A stretch of 62,281 nucleotides of DNA, the filler included. It is 4 parts of 4 records of this genome, joined end to end, with 100 filler letters (N's around TTAATTAATTAA, not from the genome) between each part and the next. Parts side by side here need not be neighbours in the genome. Positions count along the whole stretch, not along the records: positions 13,735 to 45,373 come from SRR20825019_2672; 3 more parts are not named here. One strand, 5' to 3'. The notes beneath the pieces were generated by a model that was not told where the DNA came from, did no database searches, and saw nothing but the letters and a program-made list of their open reading frames with translations. This document shows positions 28,796 through 37,356 of this stretch, in pieces (position 1 is the stretch's first letter; each line of letters opens with the position of its first letter). Made by a program: the position numbers and the translations under genes.

Positions 28796-30007
28796 TTATG
28801 CGTCGTCGGTGCTTGCGTCGTTGTTCATGTGGTTGTTGCCACCAACCACCGTCGCGTCGACTGCGTTCTGCTGCAGGTTGGCACCAAGCACGACTTCCAT
28901 GTTGAAGGCCGAACCGCTCACCGCTGCACTGGCATCGGCCATGTTGCTGGCGGTCGAGTTGTTGCTGGCATCACCTTCAAAGTCGTTGCCGTTGGCGTCA
29001 GCATCGTCAGCATATGCATAGGCGTTGTAGGTGCCGTTGGCATTGTTCTGAACATTGCTCAGCGTGTCGTTGTCGACAATGTCGGCCACCTGGCTGATCG
29101 CGAAACCAGTGTCGCCGCCGCCGCCCGAGAAGGCGCCATTGAAGACGTTCTCGAAGTTGACATCGTCACCTGGATCGAATTCGAGCGTGCCGCTGTTGAT
29201 GAACAGATTGTCCATGGTGGCGGAGCCGATATCGAGGTCGGCGAAGTCATCATCGGAGTTGAACGAGTTCGTAGCGTCATCGTCCGAGCTGTTGAACGAG
29301 TCCTCGATTTCGACATCCACATCCAGATCAACATCCACGTCGGTGTCAGTTGAGCTGTCAGTATTGGTCGAGTTGTCGTTCATCGAGTTATTGACGGACT
29401 TATTGTTCGCCACATCTTCAATGTGCGCATCGAGATCGACATCGGTGTCGGTATCGTTGTCCTGAGAATTGTCATTGAAGGAGTTGGTGTTACCCGAATC
29501 CTCAATTTCAACTTCGATGTCGTCGATGGTTGTAGAGCTATCCGTCGAGTTGTCGTTGTTGGAGTTCGTGTCCGAGTTATCGTTCAGCGAGTCGGCCATG
29601 GCGAAGGCCGATGATTGATCCCGGTTATCGGAATTGTCGTTGTTCGAGTTGGTGTCCGAATAGTCGTTCAGAGAATCTTCGATTTCAACATCGACGTCTG
29701 TCGAGTTGTCGGAATTGTCATTCAGAGAATCCTCGATTTCAACATCGACGTCAGTGTCTGTCGAGTTGTCATTATTCGAATTGGTATCCGAATTGTCGTT
29801 CAGGGAATCCTCGATTTCGACATCCAGGTCAGTGTCTGTCGAATTGTCGTTGTTGGAGTTGGTGTCCGAGTTATCGTTCCCGGAGTCATCCACGTCGATA
29901 TCGTTGCCGGAATTCGTATTTCCGGAATCTTCAATTTCCAGCTCGATATCGTCGATGTTGGTGGAATTGTCAGTGGCATTGCCATTGTTGTTGAAGTCGT
30001 CAGCCAT
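28796..30007 (-). CDS. Asn/Asp/Ser-rich tandem-repeat protein (403 aa), putative major T1SS-secreted structural subunit
   Basis: GAGGAG RBS; about 9 imperfect DNSDTNSNNDNSTDTDVDVEIEDSLN repeats; one Lys and one Arg; no Cys or Trp; no signal peptide. Confidence 0.8.
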   Translation of the reverse strand: MADDFNNNGNATDNSTNIDDIELEIEDSGNTNSGNDIDVDDSGNDNSDTNSNNDNSTDTDLDVEIEDSLNDNSDTNSNNDNSTDTDVDVEIEDSLNDNSDNSTDVDVEIEDSLNDYSDTNSNNDNSDNRDQSSAFAMADSLNDNSDTNSNNDNSTDSSTTIDDIEVEIEDSGNTNSFNDNSQDNDTDTDVDLDAHIEDVANNKSVNNSMNDNSTNTDSSTDTDVDVDLDVDVEIEDSFNSSDDDATNSFNSDDDFADLDIGSATMDNLFINSGTLEFDPGDDVNFENVFNGAFSGGGGDTGFAISQVADIVDNDTLSNVQNNANGTYNAYAYADDADANGNDFEGDASNNSTASNMADASAAVSGSAFNMEVVLGANLQQNAVDATVVGGNNHMNNDASTDDA

Positions 30008-30555
30008 AGTCACTCTCCTCAATGAAAAATAATGGCTGAGCTACCAAGACCTCCTGTCATCTTGAATGGAGGCATATTTGGGGGCTCATGACCTGCAAGG
30101 CATACGCGAGATACACGGGCTACTGGTGCTGCACGCAAAAACTGATCAACACCGTCCAGTCCAGAACTCAATTACCAAGCACGACGCGGCATTTGCTGCA
30201 TCGCAGTTTCAAAGTATTGCTGGACGAAAGGCGAAGTATAGTTGCCACTTCAGGCTAGGCTGAAGGGCCCAATAGTAATCTTATCGACTTAGGACATGTG
30301 TTCGGTGCGCGGAGGAGCTAGATCGTTTCCAATCCCCTGTACGGGGGAGAAACCGCACCAGGAACTCCATCGAAAGGTTGATTTTGGCCAGCCCGAAGGG
30401 GTTAGAGATCAATCTTTTGCATTAGTCTCGCCGGGGAATGAATCACGCCAGAGTCACGCCCGCGGTGTTAACGTTTTGTCAACCTTGGGAGCGATGGTGC
30501 CAAGCACAACTGGGGACAGGCGTTCACAGTAATCGCAAGGTGAGGGAGTGGTAAA

Positions 30556-31410
30556 GTGCGTGAAAACCTCTATGACGGTCTACGCAGTCCGCGTCAGATC
30601 GAAGATCGGCCAATAAAATCCGGCACACTTCGGCTTGTGTTTGTTGCCCCACAACAAGCCATATACCAATGCCTTAGCAGTGCATTACAGGACCATTTTC
30701 GCGATGCGGCGGTTTTTCTAGTCGACCGGATCGATGATAGCAGTGATCCGGATCATAGTGTCGGGCTGGTGCTGCTCGGCGCAGGCGCCCGGGTGATCAG
30801 CGTAGATTTCATCGAGCAATGCCGCCGGCGCTTTCCCAATGCGGCCATTGCGGTCGCCGTCGATAATGGCCTGCCGGTCGTGGACCCGCAGCTGACCGAG
30901 CAGCGACTCATTCAGGGAATCCTGCCCACGTCCCTGCCGCTCGATGTCTGGTTCGCGCTGATGCGGCTGGTCATGGCCGGCGGTGAATATCTGCCACATG
31001 GCGATGGCGCCGCATCGGGCCATTTCGAGCCGGTGCATCGGAGCGCGCCGGGCGCGCTTCCGCTGACGCCGGCCAGCCAGGCACCAGCGCCCCGGCAAAG
31101 ACTGGCCGCCGAAATTGCGGTGCAGCAGAGCGACCGGGTCCAGGGTGAGCTGGAAAACGGCCTGGATACGCTGACGGCGCGGGAGCGGGAGATACTCACT
31201 CTTGTGTCGGAAGGGTATCAAAACAAGCTGATTGCCGATCGGATGGCCTTGTCGGAACATACCGTCAAGGCGCATGTGCACAATCTGATCGCCAAGCTTC
31301 GGGTGACCAACCGCACCCAGGCGGCCGCCTATCTGCACGAACACCGGGTCGATAAGAGCGCCCTTAACACTGGATATGGTGACCGCCGTCGGGCCACCGC
31401 CCTGGGGTGA
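30556..31410 (+). CDS. LuxR/NarL-type regulator with degenerate (pseudo-)receiver domain
   Basis: C-terminal LTAREREIL.LV.EGYQNK.IA..M.LSEHTVKAHV..L..KL...NRTQAA; the N-terminal REC-like region lacks the conserved acidic and Lys residues. Confidence 0.9.
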   Translation: MRENLYDGLRSPRQIEDRPIKSGTLRLVFVAPQQAIYQCLSSALQDHFRDAAVFLVDRIDDSSDPDHSVGLVLLGAGARVISVDFIEQCRRRFPNAAIAVAVDNGLPVVDPQLTEQRLIQGILPTSLPLDVWFALMRLVMAGGEYLPHGDGAASGHFEPVHRSAPGALPLTPASQAPAPRQRLAAEIAVQQSDRVQGELENGLDTLTAREREILTLVSEGYQNKLIADRMALSEHTVKAHVHNLIAKLRVTNRTQAAAYLHEHRVDKSALNTGYGDRRRATALG

Positions 31411-31898
31411 ATGCCATGCCCAGCCTGGACAAGGTGCTCCAGCAGGTCGGTCAGTTGAACTATGTGTGGACCAATACGGAAAGCCTGTTCATCTACCTGA
31501 TCGCCCACCTGGCCGGAACGTCCAAGGACGCTGCGGTCATCATATTCCTGACGCTGAACACCACGCGGGCGCGACTGGACCTGCTTGACAGGTTGGCCAA
31601 ATTGCCGGCAACGCCGCCAGAGACCAGGGCGGCGGTGCTGGACCTGACCGAGCGCCTCAAGAAAGAGTCCAAGGTCCGGAACAAATACAATCATTGCATC
31701 TACTCATTCGACTCCAATGGCGAATTGAGCGGGACGCAATTGATGCGCATTGTCGAGTTTGACGATGCGCTCAAATATGGCAAGTCCGAAGCGCTGGACG
31801 ACAGGGAGTTTGAACGGGTTCAGGCCGCCATCCAGGCGATTACATCGGTCAATCGGGATTTGTGGGCGTTCTTTGCGGCCAGCGGAATCAAGCCCTGA
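31407..31898 (+). CDS. Hypothetical alpha-helical protein, translationally coupled to the LuxR gene
   Basis: GTGA overlap with the LuxR stop; natural-looking 163-aa protein; alternative start ATG 31416. Confidence 0.75.
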   Translation: MNAMPSLDKVLQQVGQLNYVWTNTESLFIYLIAHLAGTSKDAAVIIFLTLNTTRARLDLLDRLAKLPATPPETRAAVLDLTERLKKESKVRNKYNHCIYSFDSNGELSGTQLMRIVEFDDALKYGKSEALDDREFERVQAAIQAITSVNRDLWAFFAASGIKP

Positions 31899-32042
31899 AT
31901 TGATCAAAAGTTTGCATGGATTGAACAAATAACCGTGAGCGGCGGATGGCCCAGGCGTAAGTTGTACAATGTATGTTCTTGTTAGGGTAAGATCAGCAGT
32001 TCTCGTACAGAACATTGCTGCGTAGAGGGACGGAGGGCGCAG

Positions 32043-32792
32043 ATGGGTATTCAAGCGCCGCACCACACAACAATAAGGCTGCTTGGCCCCTGTTGCCTGC
32101 TTGTGGGCAACAATCTGGTCCAGGGCGTTCCTGCGAGTTTTTTCCGGATCGCGGCCTATCTGATCCTCTCCACCCCCGAACAGGTGCAGGCGCGCAGCCG
32201 ATTGGCGGCACTGTTCTGGCCCAATGCGGATGACGGCAAGGCGGCAGCCAATCTACGCCAGGCTGTTGCCCGAATACGGCATGTCCAGGAACAGCATGGA
32301 TTCACTCTGATCCAGGCCAATGTCTCGACCCTGCACCTGGCCCCTAGCGCTGATGTCTATTGCGACCTGATCGAGATGTCCCGGCATATCGAGGGAGAAG
32401 TCGTGCTCAACCCGCTGCAGCTTTCGCGCATTTATGGTGGCGAGTTGCTGGCCAATCAGGACTCGAGCGGGGAGGAATTCGAGGACTGGTTGTCCTCACG
32501 ACGCAATGAATTGCTGCTGCATGCGGTCGACGGCATTGCCGAGGGATTGCGCCCGGACGTAGTGTTCACCCAGGCCGAGCGCAGCATCTGTGCGCGGCGT
32601 CTGCTCGAACTCGATCCCTATCGGGAAGACGCGGTTTGCGTCTTGATGGAGGAGGCGGCGGAGCGCCGGCACTATGCCAGGGTGAACGAGCTTTACACCG
32701 CCATGCGGAGCGTATTGTCCAACGAGCTGGGCGTCGAACCGAGCGCAGAAACGCGGGCGCTTTATGCCAGTTTGATGGAAACCGTGCGCTGA
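32043..32792 (+). CDS. Stand-alone SARP-like regulator (wHTH + BTAD)
   Basis: IRLLG, R.RLAALFWP....A.ANLRQ, YGGELL, FEDWL..RR, LLELDPYRE and L..ELGVEPS.ET motifs; GGAG RBS. Confidence 0.88.
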   Translation: MGIQAPHHTTIRLLGPCCLLVGNNLVQGVPASFFRIAAYLILSTPEQVQARSRLAALFWPNADDGKAAANLRQAVARIRHVQEQHGFTLIQANVSTLHLAPSADVYCDLIEMSRHIEGEVVLNPLQLSRIYGGELLANQDSSGEEFEDWLSSRRNELLLHAVDGIAEGLRPDVVFTQAERSICARRLLELDPYREDAVCVLMEEAAERRHYARVNELYTAMRSVLSNELGVEPSAETRALYASLMETVR

Positions 32793-32808
32793 CGGCGCGC
32801 GTCATGGC

Positions 32809-33939
32809 TCATGCGAAAGCGGTCAGGATCGCGCCATGCATGGGTTTGGCCTGCCACTCGCGATCATAGGGCAGACCGCGATTGGCCGCGCTGCGCTGGG
32901 TGCGCAGCCAGGAATGGCTGTCGCTCAATCCCCAGGTGCTGACCCCCAGGACATTGTTGAACTGCAAGACGATATCGAGGTAGCGGCGGGTTTCGTCGGC
33001 CACCAGCGCATCGCGCCGCTCGATGGAGAGGCCGGTATTGGCCTCGGCGACATCGAGCTCGGTGATCGCCACCTTGAGCCCCATGCTGCGAATATCGCGC
33101 ATCATGCCATAAATGCCATCGGCATAGACATTGCCTTTGCGCAGATCCAGATGCGCCTGCAGGCCGACCGTGTCGACCGGCGCTCCGCGCGAGCGTAGGC
33201 GTTCAAGCAGCCGCAGCAGCGAGAGGCGGCGCTGGCCTTCATAGCCGCTATCATATTCGAGCCCGTATTCATTGATGACCATGCGGGCACGCGGCGCGCG
33301 GCTCTTGGCCGCCTCCAGGGCCCGCTCGATATAGGCTTCGCCGAAGGCCTTGTAGAACTGGTTCTGCCGCAACCCGTTTCCGCCGTGACTGGGTTCGATC
33401 GGTTCGTTGACCACGTCCCATTCGCGCACCTGGCTGCCATAGCGGCCAATGACCTTTGAAAAATGATCGTCGATCAGCGCCCAGTCACGATCGGACGCCA
33501 GGGCCGAGGCCGCCCAGCGCGGCAGGCTCTTGTGCCAGAGCAGCGTGTGGCCGCGCATGGCCAGGCCATTGCGGGAGGCAAAGCTGGCGAGCTGGTCCAT
33601 CTCACCATAATTGTAATTGCGGCTGGGCGCGATGGAGTCCCATTTCATGGCCCATTCAGGGGTGATGATGGAACAGTCGCGCACAACGCTGGAGCGGAAC
33701 CGGCTGTCGCCCAGGGTCGCGCTCTGAATGGCGGCGCCGAAATAAAGACCGCGCGAGGATGCCGCCGAGCGCAGTGCGCGGACCGGCGGCGGCGTGGCGG
33801 GGCGAGGCTGGCGCGCCTGCGGCTGGTCCGGGGTAGCGGTGACCGATCCGGTCTGCGTCGTGTCGACACGGGCGCAGCCGATCAGCTGCCCGACAGTCAG
33901 CGCAGCGGCTGCACCTATGATGAGATCTCGACGCTTCAC
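32809..33939 (-). CDS. GH10 endo-1,4-beta-xylanase-family protein, predicted Tat-exported lipoprotein
   Basis: GTG 33939 with GGAGG RBS; KRRDLI twin-Arg signal and lipobox LIGC; TPE..MKW, RGHTLLWH, WDVVNEP, INEY, GLQAH, ITELDV and WG..D..SW; both catalytic Glu present. Confidence 0.92.
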   Translation of the reverse strand: MKRRDLIIGAAAALTVGQLIGCARVDTTQTGSVTATPDQPQARQPRPATPPPVRALRSAASSRGLYFGAAIQSATLGDSRFRSSVVRDCSIITPEWAMKWDSIAPSRNYNYGEMDQLASFASRNGLAMRGHTLLWHKSLPRWAASALASDRDWALIDDHFSKVIGRYGSQVREWDVVNEPIEPSHGGNGLRQNQFYKAFGEAYIERALEAAKSRAPRARMVINEYGLEYDSGYEGQRRLSLLRLLERLRSRGAPVDTVGLQAHLDLRKGNVYADGIYGMMRDIRSMGLKVAITELDVAEANTGLSIERRDALVADETRRYLDIVLQFNNVLGVSTWGLSDSHSWLRTQRSAANRGLPYDREWQAKPMHGAILTAFA

Positions 33940-34153
33940 TGGTGCCTCCCCGAATCGAACACCGACCAACCCTGCCAATAGAAAAATGAAGCAAGGACCG
34001 GAACGCGGCAATTAGACAGAACTATCTAGATCGTTGTATTAGTAGCACCATTTCAAATCAAAAGTTAGACTATCCGCTAACAGAGTCATTTGATGCGGGA
34101 GAGGTTCTGCAGAAAGCTTTGTGGTACAGCAACTTTGTTAGTGGTGAGTCGAG

Positions 34154-34792
34154 ATGCACAAGTTATCACAAGTAGTAAACACGAGAATATTGGGCATTTC
34201 TACTGCCCTAACACTTATGGCGGCACTGCCCGCTGCGGCCGAATCGCTGGTCGTTATATCCATGGCTGGAGAGGCCTATGACGGCCCACCTAGCTTTGAT
34301 CTTTTGATCGATGACAAGGTGATTGGCAGCGGCACGCTGCGCATGGCGATCGAAACCGAAGCCGATGGGCGCCTGTTTACCAAACCGCGCCCCAGCTCGT
34401 TCCTGGAAGAGTTTTCCTTCACGGTCTCCGATGACCTGCTGACCCCGGACGCTGAAATCAGCCTGGTGCTGACCAATGACAAGTTTACCCGCATGGACGG
34501 CGCCGGCGAGGACGGGGTGCTCGACCGCAACCTGTTCATCGACTTCGTGCGGGTCAACGACATCGAGGTGACGTCAGCCGATATGGTGCTGATCCATGAT
34601 GGCGATGTGGTGCAATATAACTACCAGGCGGGACTGTTGCCGATCTATGAGGCAGGGTTTCGTGCGGTGGCGCGGGCGCCCGAGGGCGGCTGGCTGAATG
34701 GCGCCGTTGCCCGGGTCGGTATGCTCGATATCCCCTTGCCCTTGCCGCGACCGAAGGATCTGACGCTCGACGTCGGCCTGGTGCAGCAATGA
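34154..34792 (+). CDS. Exported carbohydrate-binding protein (CBM60-like Ca-dependent xylan-binding module)
   Basis: Sec signal (..ALPAAA/ES); [15 protein letters not shown] and DRNLFID.V.VN motifs; ATGA overlap with uxs. Confidence 0.7.
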   Translation: MHKLSQVVNTRILGISTALTLMAALPAAAESLVVISMAGEAYDGPPSFDLLIDDKVIGSGTLRMAIETEADGRLFTKPRPSSFLEEFSFTVSDDLLTPDAEISLVLTNDKFTRMDGAGEDGVLDRNLFIDFVRVNDIEVTSADMVLIHDGDVVQYNYQAGLLPIYEAGFRAVARAPEGGWLNGAVARVGMLDIPLPLPRPKDLTLDVGLVQQ

Positions 34793-35871
34793 GCCCGCAG
34801 CATAAAGTGACCAGGCCGGTGCGCCAGATCCGCACCGGCCAGGGGACAGTTACGCCCAAATCCATCTGCGTAACCGGTGGGGCGGGGTTCCTTGGTTCGC
34901 ATCTGTGTGCCCGCCTGATTGGCGAGGGACACCGGGTCACCTGCATCGACAATTTTCACACCGGCCGTCCGGCCAATGTGGCGGCCCTGGCGCGCAGCAA
35001 CCGCTTCGAATTGGTCGAGCACGACGTGATGGACACCCTGCCCGAGCAATTGCCGGCCTTTGACGAAATCTACAATCTCGCCTGCCCGGCCTCCCCGGTG
35101 CATTATCAGAGCGATCCGGTCCGAACCGCGCTGATCTGCGCGGAGGGTGCCGCCAATGTGCTTTATCGTGCCCAGCGAGACGGCGCCCGGGTGATGCATG
35201 CATCAACCTCGGAAGTTTATGGCGACCCAGAAGTCCACCCGCAGCGCGAGGACTATTGCGGCAACGTCAACACGGTCGGCCCGCGCTCCTGCTATGACGA
35301 AGGCAAGCGTTTTGCCGAGACGCTGCTCACCGACTTCGGCCGCCAAAGCGGTGTGGTGGTCAAGATTGTGCGCATCTTCAATACCTATGGCCCCCGCATG
35401 CAGCCTGATGACGGTCGCGTGGTCTCCAATTTCATCCTCCAGGCCCTGCGCGGCGAGGACATCACGATCTATGGCCTGGGCCAGCAGACCCGCTCGTTCT
35501 GTTACGTCGATGATCTGATCGAGGGCTTTGTCCGCCTCATGGCGTCAGGTCCGGAAGTCGATGGACCCGTCAATATCGGCAATCCCACCGAGATTACTGT
35601 GGGCGAGTTGGCGCGCATCATCATCGAGATGACTGGTTCACCGTCAAAGCTCGTTCATCTGCCCCTGCCGGTCGATGATCCGCGCCGCCGGCGTCCCGAC
35701 ATCACCCGTGCCAGCACCCTGCTCGGCTGGGGGCCGCGCGTGCCCCTGACCGAAGGGCTGGAAAAAACCATCCGCTTCTTTGCCAGCCTCAACCAGACGC
35801 TGGCGCCAGCAACGCGCCGTGGACCGGTCTTTGCACCGGCCACCCAGAGTGAGCCCTTCGTACAAATCTAG
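34789..35871 (+). CDS. uxs: UDP-glucuronate decarboxylase (UDP-xylose synthase)
   Basis: [62 protein letters not shown] and DDP..RRPDI motifs. Confidence 0.95.
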   Translation: MSPQHKVTRPVRQIRTGQGTVTPKSICVTGGAGFLGSHLCARLIGEGHRVTCIDNFHTGRPANVAALARSNRFELVEHDVMDTLPEQLPAFDEIYNLACPASPVHYQSDPVRTALICAEGAANVLYRAQRDGARVMHASTSEVYGDPEVHPQREDYCGNVNTVGPRSCYDEGKRFAETLLTDFGRQSGVVVKIVRIFNTYGPRMQPDDGRVVSNFILQALRGEDITIYGLGQQTRSFCYVDDLIEGFVRLMASGPEVDGPVNIGNPTEITVGELARIIIEMTGSPSKLVHLPLPVDDPRRRRPDITRASTLLGWGPRVPLTEGLEKTIRFFASLNQTLAPATRRGPVFAPATQSEPFVQI

Positions 35872-35898
35872 TTTTAGTAACAGAGTGAGTGATGAACC

Positions 35899-37329
35899 AT
35901 GCGCCTCATTATTATCGGTTCGGGTTATGTCGGTTTGGTTTCGGGCGCATGCCTGGCGGAGCTGGGACACCACGTCATGTGCGTGGACAATGATGCAAAC
36001 AAGGTCGAGCAGCTTCAGGCCGGCCAGATCCCCATCTATGAACCGCAGCTCTCCGAGATGATCACCCGAAATGTGGCGCAGGGACGCCTGGGCTTCACGA
36101 GCCGGTTGCCGGCGCTGGGCAAGGAGATACATGCGGTCATGATCGCGGTTGGCACGCCGCCCCAGACCAATGGCAGCGCTGATCTCAGCGCCATTTTCGC
36201 GGTCGCCGAGGAAGTTGCCTCCAAGGCCATCCATCCGCAAATGGTGATCATCAAATCCACGGTACCGGTCGGCACTGGCGACAGCGTGCAGGCGTTGATG
36301 CACAAGGCGCGACCCGAATTGCACTTCTCGGTGATCTCCAATCCCGAATTCCTGCGCGAAGGCTCGGCCATTGATGACTTCATGGCGCCGGACCGCATCG
36401 TGGTGGGCGCCGGAGACGAAACCGCGCGCAATACGCTGCGGGCGCTCTATGCGCCGCTGGAGCAGACCGGAACGCAGGTGGTCTGCATGGGCCGGCGGGA
36501 TGCCGAACTGGTCAAATGCGCCGCCAATGCGTTCCTGGCCACCAAGATCGCCTTCATCAATGAAATGGCGGATCTGTGCGAAGCGGTCGGTGCTGATGTC
36601 GACCAGGTGGCCCATGGCATCGGGCTGGACGAGCGGATCGGCGCGGCTTTCCTGCAGGCCGGACCGGGCTATGGCGGGTCGTGCTTCCCCAAGGACACGA
36701 CAGCGCTGCAGGCCATTGCCCAGGAGCATGGGATCAATCTGCGACTGGTCGAAACCGTCATTGCCTCCAATGAGGCGCGCAAGCGCGCGATGGGCCGCCG
36801 GGTGTCGAGGGCGCTGCATGGCGACTTGTCCGGGCGGGTCGTGGCGGTGCTGGGCCTGACCTTCAAGCCCAATACGGACGACATGCGTGATTCACCGTCC
36901 CTGGCCCTGATCGATGCCCTGCAACGGGCCGGTGCAAAGGTGCAAGTGTTTGATCCGCAAGGCATGAATCGGGCCCGTGCGCATCTGCCCGATGTCCATT
37001 TTGCGGACAATGCCTATCTCTGTGCCGAAGGGGCGGATTGCACCGTTCTGGCCACCCATTGGCCCGAATTTGCCACGCTGGACGCCGAGCGGCTGGCGCG
37101 GCTGGTGCGTAATAAGGTCTTGGTGGACCTGCGCAATTTCCTCGATCAACAGGCCTTTCTCAATGCCGGTTTTGCGGTCCACGCCATTGGGCGATCGCCG
37201 CAGCAGCCCCGGCGCCATAACGTGGTCGCGGTGCCCCAGCTCAGCGCCCGCACCCCGTCCAGGAGGGCCTACATGAACGGGACAGCGCACCGTCCGAGCC
37301 GGGCCCTGCAAGATGGCATGAGCGGCTAG
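35899..37329 (+). CDS. ugd: UDP-glucose 6-dehydrogenase
   Basis: GSGYVGL, IAVGTP, KSTVPVG, NPEFLREG, GYGGSCFPKD and GLTFKPNTDDMR motifs. Confidence 0.95.
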   Translation: MRLIIIGSGYVGLVSGACLAELGHHVMCVDNDANKVEQLQAGQIPIYEPQLSEMITRNVAQGRLGFTSRLPALGKEIHAVMIAVGTPPQTNGSADLSAIFAVAEEVASKAIHPQMVIIKSTVPVGTGDSVQALMHKARPELHFSVISNPEFLREGSAIDDFMAPDRIVVGAGDETARNTLRALYAPLEQTGTQVVCMGRRDAELVKCAANAFLATKIAFINEMADLCEAVGADVDQVAHGIGLDERIGAAFLQAGPGYGGSCFPKDTTALQAIAQEHGINLRLVETVIASNEARKRAMGRRVSRALHGDLSGRVVAVLGLTFKPNTDDMRDSPSLALIDALQRAGAKVQVFDPQGMNRARAHLPDVHFADNAYLCAEGADCTVLATHWPEFATLDAERLARLVRNKVLVDLRNFLDQQAFLNAGFAVHAIGRSPQQPRRHNVVAVPQLSARTPSRRAYMNGTAHRPSRALQDGMSG

Positions 37330-37356
37330 AACCAGCGTCGCGAGAGGGGGCAGGTT

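Noticed and set aside
29290-29960. Quasi-periodic DNA repeats considered as a CRISPR array or VNTR
   Set aside because: They are in-frame coding repeats with synonymous variation; no constant repeat/unique spacer pattern and no cas genes.
26682-30007. T1SS substrates as RTX toxins/adhesins or ice-nucleation proteins
   Set aside because: No tandem GGxGxDxL nonapeptides and no AGYGSTxT octapeptides.
32809-33939. GH10 as part of a xylan-utilisation locus with the ABC transporter at 41637-45373
   Set aside because: That ABC is coupled to nanE and an amino-sugar kinase; no xylosidase, xylA or xylB nearby; the GH10 shares a divergent promoter region with biosynthetic genes.
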